Made by a program: the position numbers and the translations under genes
Shown: piece by piece, positions 9,540 to 18,835 of the stretch
How the letters are laid out: each line of letters begins with the position of its first letter
Position numbering within the stretch: the first letter of the stretch is position 1
The notes under the pieces: model-generated
What the model saw: the letters and a program-made list of their open reading frames with translations, nothing else
Databases searched by the model: none
What the model was told of the DNA's origin: nothing
From: a virus
Lineage: Duplodnaviria; Heunggongvirae; Uroviricota; Caudoviricetes
Direction: 5' to 3' (one strand)
DNA: 54,293 nt
IMG/VR virus record: IMGVR_UViG_3300028797_000106

Positions 9540-9730
9540 AAGAACGATACAAGTGCCTAACCAATCTTGGCATTTTCAAAAGATGGGGAGAAACTGAAGA
9601 CGAGGTTAAGAAAGACCTCTCTTCTTTTATCCTTGAAAGGTATGGCGTCAAAGGCCAGATCTTTGAAGTAGAAAAGGACAAGACCCATAAATATACTCCA
9701 GAAAAGGAATTGAAAAATGAAAACGGATAA
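9536..9730 (+). CDS. Hypothetical protein
   Basis: 64 aa, ATGA-coupled. Confidence 0.55.
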   Translation: MKERYKCLTNLGIFKRWGETEDEVKKDLSSFILERYGVKGQIFEVEKDKTHKYTPEKELKNENG

Positions 9731-10538
9731 AGAAGAAAGAACCAGGATCTTCCTAGACACCTGTAAGCAGTTTGAAACAGATAAGGTTTTGAAGGAAGCA
9801 ACTGAACGAGCAAAGGCAAACACTGAAGTTTTGACACTCAGCAAAGTTAACGATTTTGATGTGCCTGATGTTTATGACAAGGATTGCGAAATCAAGGTCA
9901 CGAAACGCTCTACATTTGATGCAGGTCGTTCTTATGGCGGAAAGGTTGCGGTATTGAATTTTGCATCTTCCACGAACCCAGGTGGTGGCGTTAAGAAAGG
10001 CTCTTCTGCTCAGGAAGAATGCTTGTGCCGTTGTTCTAACTTGTTCCAGTGCTTGGACCAAAAGAAAACATGGGACGGTTTCTACACGCCGCATCGCAAT
10101 GAAGGCAACGCTTTGCATAATGATGACATCATTTACACAAGAGGTGTCACCGTTGTTAAGTCAGACGCATATATGCTGCTTTACCGCCCAGCAGTTCTTG
10201 ATGTTATCACTTGTGCAGCTCCTAACTTAAGAGCTCAACCGACTAACCCGTATAACACAGAGCATGCACCGGCACCTGAAATCTCCAATGAAGATCTTAT
10301 GAAACTTCATGAAAGAAGAGCATGTGCCATTATGTCCGTTGCGGCAAAGGAAAATGTTGAACATCTTGTGGTCGGAGCATTCGGTTGCGGCGCATACAGG
10401 AACCCGCCTGAAGTTGTTGCTCAGGCTTGGAAGAATGTTCTGCCGAAGTATCGCCGTTGCTTCAAGACGATTGAATTTGCGATTTACAGTAGCAAAGACA
10501 CTGTCAATTATGACACCTTCAAAAAGGTTTTAGGATAA
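9717..10538 (+). CDS. Bacterial-type poly(ADP-ribose) glycohydrolase macrodomain (TIGR02452/DUF2263-like)
   Basis: VLNFASSTNPGGG..AQEECLCRCSNL, VITCAAPN and GAFGCGAYRNPPEVVA signature motifs. Confidence 0.9.
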   Translation: MKTDKEERTRIFLDTCKQFETDKVLKEATERAKANTEVLTLSKVNDFDVPDVYDKDCEIKVTKRSTFDAGRSYGGKVAVLNFASSTNPGGGVKKGSSAQEECLCRCSNLFQCLDQKKTWDGFYTPHRNEGNALHNDDIIYTRGVTVVKSDAYMLLYRPAVLDVITCAAPNLRAQPTNPYNTEHAPAPEISNEDLMKLHERRACAIMSVAAKENVEHLVVGAFGCGAYRNPPEVVAQAWKNVLPKYRRCFKTIEFAIYSSKDTVNYDTFKKVLG

Positions 10539-10542
10539 AGAA

Positions 10543-11457
10543 ATGAAAGCATTCGTTTTATCAGATATTCACACAGACATGTGGTACTGCTATGCAGTCA
10601 AGCCGTCACGGTTGAAAGGTGATGACCCGAAAGAAGATGTCGTTGAAGACACACTGAACCATCTCTGGAAATTCAAGGATTATCCTGAAACGGATGCTAT
10701 CATTGTCCCAGGGGATGTCGGAAACGATTTCTTGACATACACCAGAACTATCACATGGCTGTCAAAGAAGTATAAGCAAGTATACATTGTTCTCGGCAAC
10801 CACGATGTTCTTGCAAGAGGCGCGACACCATCGCAGTCTAACGTGCAGTTCAATACATCGGACGATAAGGTAGCCGCTTTGAAGGCTCATGCTGCACAGT
10901 ATCCGAATGTTCATTTGTTGGATGGCGATGTTCATAACGGCATCGGCGGCACAATGGGCATGTGTGATTTGAAGTGTGAAGTCGTTCCTTGGCGGAACAT
11001 CAAGTTTGACTGGAAGAAGTGGTTTGATGGAAAGCATTGGAAACACTACATTTCAAAGGACCCAGAGGAAATCTGGAATGCTGAAGCAGAAAAGTTGAAC
11101 AAGATATTGGAACAGAAACCGAAGATTGTCATGACACACTTCGTTCCTTACGAAGCGGGTATAAATTGGCATTATCGGAATGACCCATGCAATGTGTTCT
11201 TCTATTTCAATGCTGAAGAATTTCTGGATAAGATGGAAGACGGCACATTGTGGCTTTGCGGACATGTTCACGACAAGAAGATCATCAATTGGGTGAACAG
11301 CAGCGGAAAGCATATCACAATTCTCTGCAACCCGTCAGGCTATCCGGGAGAAGGGTCAATGTATGCAGACAAGGCCGATGTTGAAGACGGAAAACTTAAT
11401 CGGTATTCTGGAACAACGGAATGGTCTGACTTCATAATTGACATTCCTGAAGAATAA
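10543..11457 (+). CDS. Calcineurin-like metallophosphoesterase
   Basis: SDIH, PGDVGN, LGNHD, THFVP, CGHVH, CNPSGYPG. Confidence 0.88.
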   Translation: MKAFVLSDIHTDMWYCYAVKPSRLKGDDPKEDVVEDTLNHLWKFKDYPETDAIIVPGDVGNDFLTYTRTITWLSKKYKQVYIVLGNHDVLARGATPSQSNVQFNTSDDKVAALKAHAAQYPNVHLLDGDVHNGIGGTMGMCDLKCEVVPWRNIKFDWKKWFDGKHWKHYISKDPEEIWNAEAEKLNKILEQKPKIVMTHFVPYEAGINWHYRNDPCNVFFYFNAEEFLDKMEDGTLWLCGHVHDKKIINWVNSSGKHITILCNPSGYPGEGSMYADKADVEDGKLNRYSGTTEWSDFIIDIPEE

Positions 11458-11466
11458 TTTTGTAAG

Positions 11467-11503
11467 GCTAGGGGTTTACAAGCTCCTAGCTTTTTATTAA
11501 ATT
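11467..11503 (+). promoter_or_regulatory. Hairpin-embedded sigma70-like promoter/terminator
   Basis: Stem GCTAGGGG/CTCCTAGC with loop TTTACAAG; TTTACA-17 bp-TAAATT. Confidence 0.7.
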
Positions 11504-11522
11504 TAATTCAAACGAGGAAAAC

Positions 11523-11852
11523 ATGAAGTTTAATCTCAAAAGATTTGATGACTTAGGCAAGTGCTCTTACGCAACGCTTAAGGATGAATATGACACAGAC
11601 AAAGATATCATCTATCTTGATGAAAAGCCACAGGAAATCAAAAGCATAGATGATCTTTTCAAGTTCATTTGGCGCTGCCCAGGAATTGCATTCACCGACA
11701 GAGCAACAGGAAAATCTGCAGCTCATTTCTGGGGACCGAATGATGCATGGTATAAAGACTATTACAGTTCTTCGGGAGATCTTGTTAAGCGACTTGACGA
11801 ACAAAGAGCTTTGGTTGAACAAAGACTGAGAGAAGACAATGCAGAAGTTTGA
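11523..11852 (+). CDS. Hypothetical protein
   Basis: 109 aa, SD GAGG. Confidence 0.7.
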   Translation: MKFNLKRFDDLGKCSYATLKDEYDTDKDIIYLDEKPQEIKSIDDLFKFIWRCPGIAFTDRATGKSAAHFWGPNDAWYKDYYSSSGDLVKRLDEQRALVEQRLREDNAEV

Positions 11853-12294
11853 AAAATTTAAGCAGCTAGAATTTGTCTTTGAGAATTGTGAATGCGTTCT
11901 CATTGACGTTCAGGCTATTTCATTTTGGTACATGCATGAAGGCGGACAGAACTTCAGATGGGACCCGCATAATGAAGAGCTTGACTATGCCGCAACTCTT
12001 GATGAATTTGCCATCACTTTGAAAGATGATCCGAAGTATTACCATTATTCGGATAATCAGCGTGATATCTTCACAAGACACGGCACAATGCCGGAAGGCG
12101 AAACTGCTTTGAGCCGTATCAAGACAGGAACTGACCTCAGTCAGATTTACATCGGCGACCATTGTTATAACCTGCCTTGGAAAACAAAGACAACCAAAAC
12201 TGACTTTCTTCCTATCGTTGATAATGACAACCTAAACATCAAGGTAGACGAGAAGGGAATTAAGATTTATGCCAAAGGAGGCATTGAGCGATGA
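11839..12294 (+). CDS. Hypothetical protein
   Basis: 151 aa ORF in a coupled gene run. Confidence 0.7.
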   Translation: MQKFEKFKQLEFVFENCECVLIDVQAISFWYMHEGGQNFRWDPHNEELDYAATLDEFAITLKDDPKYYHYSDNQRDIFTRHGTMPEGETALSRIKTGTDLSQIYIGDHCYNLPWKTKTTKTDFLPIVDNDNLNIKVDEKGIKIYAKGGIER

Positions 12295-12791
12295 AAGAAC
12301 CTAATTATGATGACTTGACCATTAATGAACTTCGCACTTTGCGAGACAATGCTGACCGCGTTCTTCAAAGAAAAAAGAAAGAGGATGAAGAAGAAAAGCT
12401 GAAGGCTGCTGCGAAGGATTTTGAAGGCAAGTGGTTTGTTAAATATGACAAGACAATGAATATGAACGCTGCTCTTGTTGAAGACATTCTTGTGAACCCT
12501 ACTTATTATCACATCAAGAAGGTTCATTACACCGGTCGCGGTTTCATCAATGCAACTTATACGAAGTTCAAGTTATATCTCGAAGAACCAGGTGTAAGCA
12601 CGCATTTGTTTGAACCAAAAGATGATGAAAGATACATGGAACTGTCCGTCTATAAGGACATTATCGGAAACATTGATGTTGATGACTTGAAAAAGGAAGT
12701 CAAATACGAAGATGTGAAGCACCATGTTGAAGGTGCCAAATATGATTGGGAAGCTGCATTAGCAATTCTTGACAAGGAAAAAGATGCTTAA
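12291..12791 (+). CDS. Hypothetical protein
   Basis: 166 aa, SD GGAGG. Confidence 0.7.
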   Translation: MKEPNYDDLTINELRTLRDNADRVLQRKKKEDEEEKLKAAAKDFEGKWFVKYDKTMNMNAALVEDILVNPTYYHIKKVHYTGRGFINATYTKFKLYLEEPGVSTHLFEPKDDERYMELSVYKDIIGNIDVDDLKKEVKYEDVKHHVEGAKYDWEAALAILDKEKDA

Positions 12792-13479
12792 GATAAATTC
12801 AAATTTTCAGGACTATTATGATAGCGCCATCGGATCCTTTGCGGAATCCGAAGTAGTCATCAACCGTAAAACGAAAGAGTTGAATAAGCGTGACTTACAG
12901 CCTGTCATTCCAGCTGACATTGTTAAGCGAGGCTATCCTGAATTTGATTATGTCTGGAACATGCATAAAGATAGAACCTTTTCAACATGTGCTATCGGCG
13001 CTATAGGATTTTGCGGTAGGTGGTACTACTTTATCTGGGATGAAGGGAAGATCAGATATGTAACCTTTGACATGATTGTAGAAAATCATGCCACAACCAC
13101 ATTCTGGTCTTTCGTCACCCGGAGGAGGGAATCTGTAAAGCTGGTTGACTTGAACACAATTCCGTTCTTTCAGTCAGAAATCTTCGAGAAGTATGGACCT
13201 GTTCTTTACTTCCCGTCAATTAAGTTTCAGTACCTTGATAATTCATCTATCCGCTATGAAGGACAACAAATGGATCTTGTTGTCTTTCCTGAATTGAAGT
13301 CAATGAATTTTCAGACGCAGAAAGATCCATTCTCAGCGCTTTGGGAACTTGAACATTGGTATGATACACATGCCCGTCCTGATGATGCAAAGGTTCCTGT
13401 CGGCGATGATTTAACAAGATTGAAGTCAGCAGGCTTTGACGCTAAAACTTCTTTTAGAAAACCTAAGGAGAAAAAATGA
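12784..13479 (+). CDS. Hypothetical protein
   Basis: MLKINSNFQDYYDS..., SD AAGGA before ATG 12784. Confidence 0.7.
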   Translation: MLKINSNFQDYYDSAIGSFAESEVVINRKTKELNKRDLQPVIPADIVKRGYPEFDYVWNMHKDRTFSTCAIGAIGFCGRWYYFIWDEGKIRYVTFDMIVENHATTTFWSFVTRRRESVKLVDLNTIPFFQSEIFEKYGPVLYFPSIKFQYLDNSSIRYEGQQMDLVVFPELKSMNFQTQKDPFSALWELEHWYDTHARPDDAKVPVGDDLTRLKSAGFDAKTSFRKPKEKK

Positions 13480-13745
13480 AAAAGGTAATACTAGGAATCG
13501 CACTTGTTGCTTCCGCAGCATTTGCAGATATTAAACTTGACTTCCAAGTGTCCGTTAATCGTATGGGCTGCTCTCTTGTGCAGTGGATTGAAAACGATTA
13601 TGAAAGCGGCGTGAAATGGAAGCACTACGGAAAGTTTGCTTGTAAGGATCCTATCAAGGTTCCGGTCAAGCTCGTAGGATTGAAGTTCCTTGATGTTTCT
13701 AAGAACCTCAAGGGAGAATACATTTTCACATACGGAGAAGAATAA
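13476..13745 (+). CDS. Small exported protein (signal peptide)
   Basis: MKKVILGIALVASAAFA|D is a classical Sec signal with an AFA cleavage site; two Cys. Confidence 0.7.
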   Translation: MKKVILGIALVASAAFADIKLDFQVSVNRMGCSLVQWIENDYESGVKWKHYGKFACKDPIKVPVKLVGLKFLDVSKNLKGEYIFTYGEE

Positions 13746-13999
13746 TGAAAAAGGCAATTACATACTTCAACATCGCTGGCTTCAAGGCTATCGTCTTTGC
13801 ATTCGGTATCGCTTTGAAGGTCGGTAAGATTCTTCTTTACCCGCTTTGGCTGCTATGTGCAGTTCTTTACGGTCTGTCCTGGTTCATCGTGCCGATTGGC
13901 GACAAGATTGATGAGCTCTTGACGAACGCTGTGACGAATACAGTCACTGGCATCTTTGGCCTCTTTAAGAGAAAGAAAAATGTCGGTGACACTGTATAG
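13745..13999 (+). CDS. Small membrane protein
   Basis: Long hydrophobic stretch; SD GGAG. Confidence 0.65.
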   Translation: MKKAITYFNIAGFKAIVFAFGIALKVGKILLYPLWLLCAVLYGLSWFIVPIGDKIDELLTNAVTNTVTGIFGLFKRKKNVGDTV

Positions 14000-14138
14000 C
14001 ATATTAGAGCTATTAACAATGTTATGCCATGCAATTGGGTTTGCTGGCTTACTCCTGCTCGGCCTCGTGATTGGCTACAACCTCGGGTGCTGGGCAGCAA
14101 ACAAATTTAGAGGTAAAGACGATGAACCAGAACAATGA
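13980..14138 (+). CDS. Small membrane protein
   Basis: MSVTLYS..IGFAGLLLLGLVIGYNLG hydrophobic helix. Confidence 0.5.
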   Translation: MSVTLYSILELLTMLCHAIGFAGLLLLGLVIGYNLGCWAANKFRGKDDEPEQ

Positions 14139-14250
14139 TACCAATGTAGGCTGCTTGATTTTATTCATTCTGTTTATTCTAGCATGCTTTGATGTCATAC
14201 CTTTTACGGCATTCTTAATCATCTTTATTTTCTGCCTTTTATTTGGGTAA
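14122..14250 (+). CDS. 42 aa membrane micropeptide (not in the ORF track)
   Basis: MNQNNDTNVGCLILFILFILACFDVIPFTAFLIIFIFCLLFG*, SD GAGG; fills the gap before 14254. Confidence 0.55.
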   Translation: MNQNNDTNVGCLILFILFILACFDVIPFTAFLIIFIFCLLFG

Positions 14251-14253
14251 CCT

Positions 14254-14841
14254 ATGAAACTTTATTTTATCAGACATTGGCGGACAGAAGCAAATCTGAC
14301 CGGCAAGATGGCTAAGAACTACGATGAAGCAGATATCATCGCTGACTATCCAGAAGGCTGGGACAAGAAGGTCGGATGTCACATCAGCGAAAGCGAATGC
14401 TCTTTGCTTGTCTCAAGTTTCGCAAAGCGTTGTCAGCAAACATGTGAACTCGTGTTTGGAAGAAAACCTGATATGCGAAATGATATAGTCGGCGAGTTTG
14501 ATTGTGCTGCACTTGGTGACAGAAAATTCTGGGAAATGACAAGAGAAGAATTTGAAGCTCTTGTTCCTTTAACGCCAAAACAGATGGAAGAAAAGGCAGA
14601 TCATATTTTACGATTTGCTGACTGTCTTCATGGTTTGTGCCATGAAAATGTAATCATCATGACACACGGCATGGTCATTCGTTATCTGTATCATTACTTT
14701 ACAGGCAACAAGGGAATTTCTGCCTATGATGTGATTAACAGCAAGGGCTTTGAATTTTCTAACCTTGACATGCTTGTGTATGATACCGAAACCCATCAAG
14801 TCACCGTTCATCGTTATGATGACAAGAAAATGTTCTGCTAG
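14254..14841 (+). CDS. Histidine phosphatase (phosphoglycerate mutase-like) family protein
   Basis: LYFIRHWRTEAN (RHG-type motif), KRCQQT, GEFD, IIMTHGMVIR. Confidence 0.85.
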   Translation: MKLYFIRHWRTEANLTGKMAKNYDEADIIADYPEGWDKKVGCHISESECSLLVSSFAKRCQQTCELVFGRKPDMRNDIVGEFDCAALGDRKFWEMTREEFEALVPLTPKQMEEKADHILRFADCLHGLCHENVIIMTHGMVIRYLYHYFTGNKGISAYDVINSKGFEFSNLDMLVYDTETHQVTVHRYDDKKMFC

Positions 14842-14849
14842 GAGACAAC

Positions 14850-15131
14850 ATGGTAAAATTTAATGTTATGCAATTTCCCGGGCAAGGAAATCGAGTCGCG
14901 ATTGAAATCATTGACGATGCAGAAGGAACACCGGGATCCTCTCGTCAGTACACAAGATTCAGATCAGAAGTGCTGCCCGAACTTAAGAAGCACTTTAACA
15001 ATGAAGAAGCACCGTTTTCAGAAAAGCTTGAGGAACTGCTGAATAAACATCAGTTCACCATCGCTGACCACAAGTGGTCTACTGAAAGCCTCGTTATCAT
15101 CAACAGTTACAAAATTGACACAAAGGAATAA
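14850..15131 (+). CDS. Hypothetical protein
   Basis: 93 aa, SD AGGAG. Confidence 0.7.
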   Translation: MVKFNVMQFPGQGNRVAIEIIDDAEGTPGSSRQYTRFRSEVLPELKKHFNNEEAPFSEKLEELLNKHQFTIADHKWSTESLVIINSYKIDTKE

Positions 15132-15133
15132 AC

Positions 15134-15307
15134 ATGAGAGAATCTATTGCTCTTAAACTCATCTCTATGATGATTGTATGCGTTATCGGTTGCATCTTTC
15201 TAAGTGCTATCGGACTGCCTTGCTTCGTAAACTGGATTTGGGGTTTCGTTCTCGGTTGGAACTGGAACACCATCTGGAACTGGGCTTGCGACAAATTAGG
15301 TAAGTGA
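15134..15307 (+). CDS. 57 aa membrane micropeptide (not in the ORF track)
   Basis: MRESIALKLISMMIVCVIGCIFLSAIGLPCFVNWIWGFVLGW..., SD AAGGA; TGA overlaps the next ATG. Confidence 0.6.
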   Translation: MRESIALKLISMMIVCVIGCIFLSAIGLPCFVNWIWGFVLGWNWNTIWNWACDKLGK

Positions 15308-15561
15308 TGGTCTTTAACGGAAAGATAGAAGATCTTAAAGTTGTCAGGAATGGCGATTATGTCGAGTATCGTATTCCTGACAATGATCATCTTCTTTGGC
15401 GGTATAATGCGCTTCAGGCGTCAATGTTTGTTGGCAAGCCAGGCTGTCAGACCCAAGAAGAATTTGATGAAGGCGTAAGACTTTGTCTTCAGGCCAGAAT
15501 GCCTTTAGTTAGACCCGTAAACATTCTTGATTGGGGAAACCCAACATTTGAGGTTCTTTAG
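15307..15561 (+). CDS. Hypothetical protein
   Basis: TGATG coupling with the upstream micropeptide. Confidence 0.6.
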   Translation: MVFNGKIEDLKVVRNGDYVEYRIPDNDHLLWRYNALQASMFVGKPGCQTQEEFDEGVRLCLQARMPLVRPVNILDWGNPTFEVL

Positions 15562-15608
15562 GAAAAATTTCGCCCACTGCTGAACATCGTGAAAAACTTT
15601 GTTATATT
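15561..15608 (+). promoter_or_regulatory. Putative middle-type promoter (upstream box + -10)
   Basis: GGAAAAATTTC starts 42 bp before -10 TATATT (15603); AAAAACTTTG precedes the -10. Confidence 0.55.
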
Positions 15609-15636
15609 TTGTTTGAATTTTTAATAGGAGAATTAC

Positions 15637-16272
15637 ATGCAAGAATATAACAAAGACACCGCGATGGAAACTATGTTCAACATGCAGGAATCACTGCAGA
15701 ACGCTATCGGAGCAAAAAGAGGAACTATCTGTCCCAATTCGTGGAACTCTGACATCCCTGACAAGTACCGCACTATGGCTATTGAGTCAGGCTACTACAT
15801 GATGTCAACTGTGACCGAACTGTTTGAATTCTTTGAACAGTGGAAGAAGGATAATTATCAGTTCACTGACTTGGTGAAGTTTGAGCTCATTGATGCATGG
15901 CACTTCGTCATGAACCAGCTGCTTTACATGAACATCAAGCCTACACAGACTGTTGAATGGTTCTATAATAAGGCAAAGGAAAACATTGCCCAGGTAGATT
16001 TCGTAAATCACGACCTCTATCACATTGTCGGTGGCGTTGTTGAAACAATGGGTGAAATTTATCAGAACTCTTCTTACAAGAAATGGAAGACATACGAAAC
16101 ACCGAAGGAAGATGCATTGAAGTTGCAGGTGCTTGCCGAAAACTTCTTGTTGAAGTTCTTTGAGTTGTTCGTGGTGACCGGAATGAAGCCAGAAGATATC
16201 TGGAAGTTCTATTACGAAAAGAACGCTGAAAATTTCAAGCGTCAAGAAAAAGGTGGAAGATATGAAAAGTAA
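15637..16272 (+). CDS. Dimeric (all-alpha) dUTPase/dCTP pyrophosphatase
   Basis: ELFEFFEQWK, ELIDAWHF, KKWKTY and YYEKNAENFKRQ motifs (dUTPase_2 / T4 gp56-like). Confidence 0.85.
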   Translation: MQEYNKDTAMETMFNMQESLQNAIGAKRGTICPNSWNSDIPDKYRTMAIESGYYMMSTVTELFEFFEQWKKDNYQFTDLVKFELIDAWHFVMNQLLYMNIKPTQTVEWFYNKAKENIAQVDFVNHDLYHIVGGVVETMGEIYQNSSYKKWKTYETPKEDALKLQVLAENFLLKFFELFVVTGMKPEDIWKFYYEKNAENFKRQEKGGRYEK

Positions 16273-16420
16273 TTTCCTAGAATGGTTTGGCTATGCTCTC
16301 GGAGCCGGCCTATGCCTTCTTTTGCTTGCGGGTATCGCCCGTAATGACAGTCAGTACCCATCAAAGTACCCCGCAGTGGATTCTTCCTCTTCGGTTGTCA
16401 TTGAACCCACAAGAAAGTAA
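16262..16420 (+). CDS. 52 aa membrane micropeptide (not in the ORF track)
   Basis: MKSNFLEWFGYALGAGLCLLLLAGIARN..., SD GGAAG; overlaps the dUTPase 3' end. Confidence 0.5.
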   Translation: MKSNFLEWFGYALGAGLCLLLLAGIARNDSQYPSKYPAVDSSSSVVIEPTRK

Positions 16421-16440
16421 TTTCACATACACACGCATTT

Positions 16441-16488
16441 GGAAAAGTTTCCGCTCAAAAATAATTTGGGCGAAAACTTTTTTATATT
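16441..16488 (+). promoter_or_regulatory. Putative middle-type promoter
   Basis: Palindromic GGAAAAGTTTCC starts 42 bp before -10 TATATT (16483). Confidence 0.55.
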
Positions 16489-16518
16489 TTAATCAGATTA
16501 CAAATAGGAGAAACCAAA

Positions 16519-17283
16519 ATGATTAAACAAATGAACTATGACTCTAAGTTTATCAGCCTGATGACTGAACTTGCTGCTATCAACCCGCAGTTGATTTTCA
16601 AGCAGGCCGAAGACAAGGTCTCTGTCAAGGCTATTGAAGCAAAGAACAAGTCAATCTGCTTCTTCTTGGATGCACCGGCTGATGCTTTCAAGTTTGAATC
16701 TGAAAGCTTGGCTGTCATTGACTTCAACCGTCTCGTCAGCTATTTCAATACCTTCAACGTTGCAGGTAAGAAGGACGACGCTAACAGCGACTCGCCGATC
16801 CTCTCCGTTGAATACTCCGATGACGAAGCAACAGAAGCAATCGTCATGCACATCAAGAGCTCGAAGCAGAAGGCAGCATTCCGTCACCGTCTCGCAAACG
16901 AAGATGTGATTGTGAAGCCGAACTTCAGCAAGATCAAGTTCCCGACAACAGATGCAACCTTCGCATTGTCTAAGGACCAGCTTGACGATTTGAACAAGAT
17001 GCAGAAGTTGACCGCTGCTGACCGTATCAAGTGGGCATTCCACGACTCTGTCTGCACAGTGACTTTGTTCAACACAAGAACCAACGATACTTACGAAAAT
17101 GATTACATCATTGATGCAAGCGTTGATGCACCGTTTGACTTCACAACTGTCGCAGACGGTATCGGCCTTCTTCCGGATGGTGGTTATAAGATTGTGGTGT
17201 CTAAGGCTGGTATCATGAGCTTGACTCAGGACCGCACCGACGCTATCAACCTTGAGCTCTACATTGCCAAGACTGGTAAGTAA
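16519..17283 (+). CDS. gp45: DNA polymerase sliding clamp (T4 gp45-like)
   Basis: N-terminal ..LMTELAAINPQLIF resembles gp45 LKNFATIN. Size (254 aa) and the F.I.D..RL..F pattern fit; gp44/gp62 are in the same window. Confidence 0.75.
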   Translation: MIKQMNYDSKFISLMTELAAINPQLIFKQAEDKVSVKAIEAKNKSICFFLDAPADAFKFESESLAVIDFNRLVSYFNTFNVAGKKDDANSDSPILSVEYSDDEATEAIVMHIKSSKQKAAFRHRLANEDVIVKPNFSKIKFPTTDATFALSKDQLDDLNKMQKLTAADRIKWAFHDSVCTVTLFNTRTNDTYENDYIIDASVDAPFDFTTVADGIGLLPDGGYKIVVSKAGIMSLTQDRTDAINLELYIAKTGK

Positions 17284-18251
17284 TGGTTAAAAAGATTGAC
17301 CTACACGACGGTTCCATTTGGAACCGTCTTTTTTCGTTTGATGTAAGCGACGATTTCGTTGACTTAATCATTGACGGAATTGCCCCATCATGGGTGAGAT
17401 GTGACGATTTAGCCAGAATGCAAATTCGTCAAATGTATAAGGCGGCAATAAATGTTCGTAAAGAGGAGTTTTTCAACCTACAGGCGAACTATCGTGTATA
17501 CTCATGCCACCTGCTTGATGAGCATTTGAGGGCGACAAAACATCCTGCCTGCAGATACGCCATCACTTCAAATTACACTGCCGGTATTCTGCGAAACATT
17601 TATAATGAGCAGAAGGCAGACTCACTTGCGCTAAAAGCATCTATACAAAAGAAGCAACTTCAATGGGACCGTGCAGGTCGTAAGATACGGCAAAAGATGG
17701 GCAAGCGTCCAAAGTTGCCGGATAATATGTTCTGTATCAAGTACCCTACTCTAGCTCTCTTTGCGGAGGACAACCTAAAGCAGATTGCGAATGCGTTAAA
17801 TCCGTTTCAGTTTGACTGCTGTTGTTGGGTCTTCCAGTGGCTCATGGAGTACATACTGCAACTTAAAACCGAGTACATGCTTAATGCTCCTGAATTCTTC
17901 ACGGAAAAACTTAATGACATGACACGAATGTATTTCCATAACAAGGAACTACAGTTCTGGCGAGAATTTCTTGAAGATCAGCGAGATGCAGCAGAGGCGA
18001 AAAGCCGAAGCATGCTTACGGAACTTGTTGAACATCGTGGGTGGACTTGGAACGATATCTGGAGCACTTACAACGGCGGCATGTTCGCTCCACATAATCA
18101 TTCACGACGAGCCATCGGTTTATGGACACCGAGAGAAGACTTTGAGCAAAAACTTTATGTCCTTCTTTCTGACGGTGTTCAGGCGTATTTCAAGACTCGA
18201 GATAAAGCGGAAAAAATGGACAAAATACATAAAGAAGCATCACTTGCTTGA
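17283..18251 (+). CDS. Hypothetical protein
   Basis: 322 aa, TAATG-coupled to gp45. Confidence 0.75.
   Translation: MVKKIDLHDGSIWNRLFSFDVSDDFVDLIIDGIAPSWVRCDDLARMQIRQMYKAAINVRKEEFFNLQANYRVYSCHLLDEHLRATKHPACRYAITSNYTAGILRNIYNEQKADSLALKASIQKKQLQWDRAGRKIRQKMGKRPKLPDNMFCIKYPTLALFAEDNLKQIANALNPFQFDCCCWVFQWLMEYILQLKTEYMLNAPEFFTEKLNDMTRMYFHNKELQFWREFLEDQRDAAEAKSRSMLTELVEHRGWTWNDIWSTYNGGMFAPHNHSRRAIGLWTPREDFEQKLYVLLSDGVQAYFKTRDKAEKMDKIHKEASLA
17307..17334 (+). terminator. Intrinsic terminator just inside the gene after gp45
   Basis: GACGGTTCC-ATTT-GGAACCGTC-TTTTTT. Confidence 0.7.
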
Positions 18252-18274
18252 TGCTTTTAGAAATTTTTTAGTCG

Positions 18275-18311
18275 GCGTGGGGTTTACATCCCACGCTTTT
18301 TTTGTTATATT
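18275..18311 (+). promoter_or_regulatory. Hairpin-embedded sigma70-like promoter/terminator
   Basis: GCGTGGG/CCCACGC stem enclosing TTTACA, then a T-tract; TTTACA-17 bp-TATATT with TG. Confidence 0.7.
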
Positions 18312-18341
18312 TTATTTGAACTCAACAAGAGGTTAACTTAC

Positions 18342-18611
18342 ATGTGTTTAGTATGTGACATTTTCAAAAATCGCATAGATTCCAAAATCGCACAAAAGAT
18401 AAATTCCAACCAAAATCTTCGGTTAGTCTACGATAAGCTCCGCGGTTCAAACTGTGACGGAAAGAGCCCTGAAGAAATCATTCAGGTCTTTAAAGATTAC
18501 GACTGGAACGGACAGGAAATCGTGAACAACACCGTGGAAATGCGAAATCGTGTTGATGCGATGGCGAAGAAGAAAAAAGAAATCCGAAAAGAAGCTTCGG
18601 TACTGAAATGA
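18342..18611 (+). CDS. Hypothetical protein (N-terminal CxxC)
   Basis: 89 aa, SD GAGG. Confidence 0.65.
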   Translation: MCLVCDIFKNRIDSKIAQKINSNQNLRLVYDKLRGSNCDGKSPEEIIQVFKDYDWNGQEIVNNTVEMRNRVDAMAKKKKEIRKEASVLK

Positions 18612-18835
18612 TTTACATTATGGACGATAGCGACATAAAGCTCGCCCGGAAACTTACAACCGACGGCATTGACTGCATGTATGAGCAGATGCAATTTAAT
18701 CATCGGCTCTTAATCAACAAGAAATGCCGCACCATTTCACAACTTGAGGAAATCTTTGGAAAGAACCTCAAGGTCATTCGGAAAAGGGAAAAAATTAACA
18801 AACTAAAAAGCGAAGCGCTGCGCGGTTTGAAGTAA
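18608..18835 (+). CDS. Hypothetical protein
   Basis: 75 aa, ATGA-coupled. Confidence 0.6.
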   Translation: MIYIMDDSDIKLARKLTTDGIDCMYEQMQFNHRLLINKKCRTISQLEEIFGKNLKVIRKREKINKLKSEALRGLK

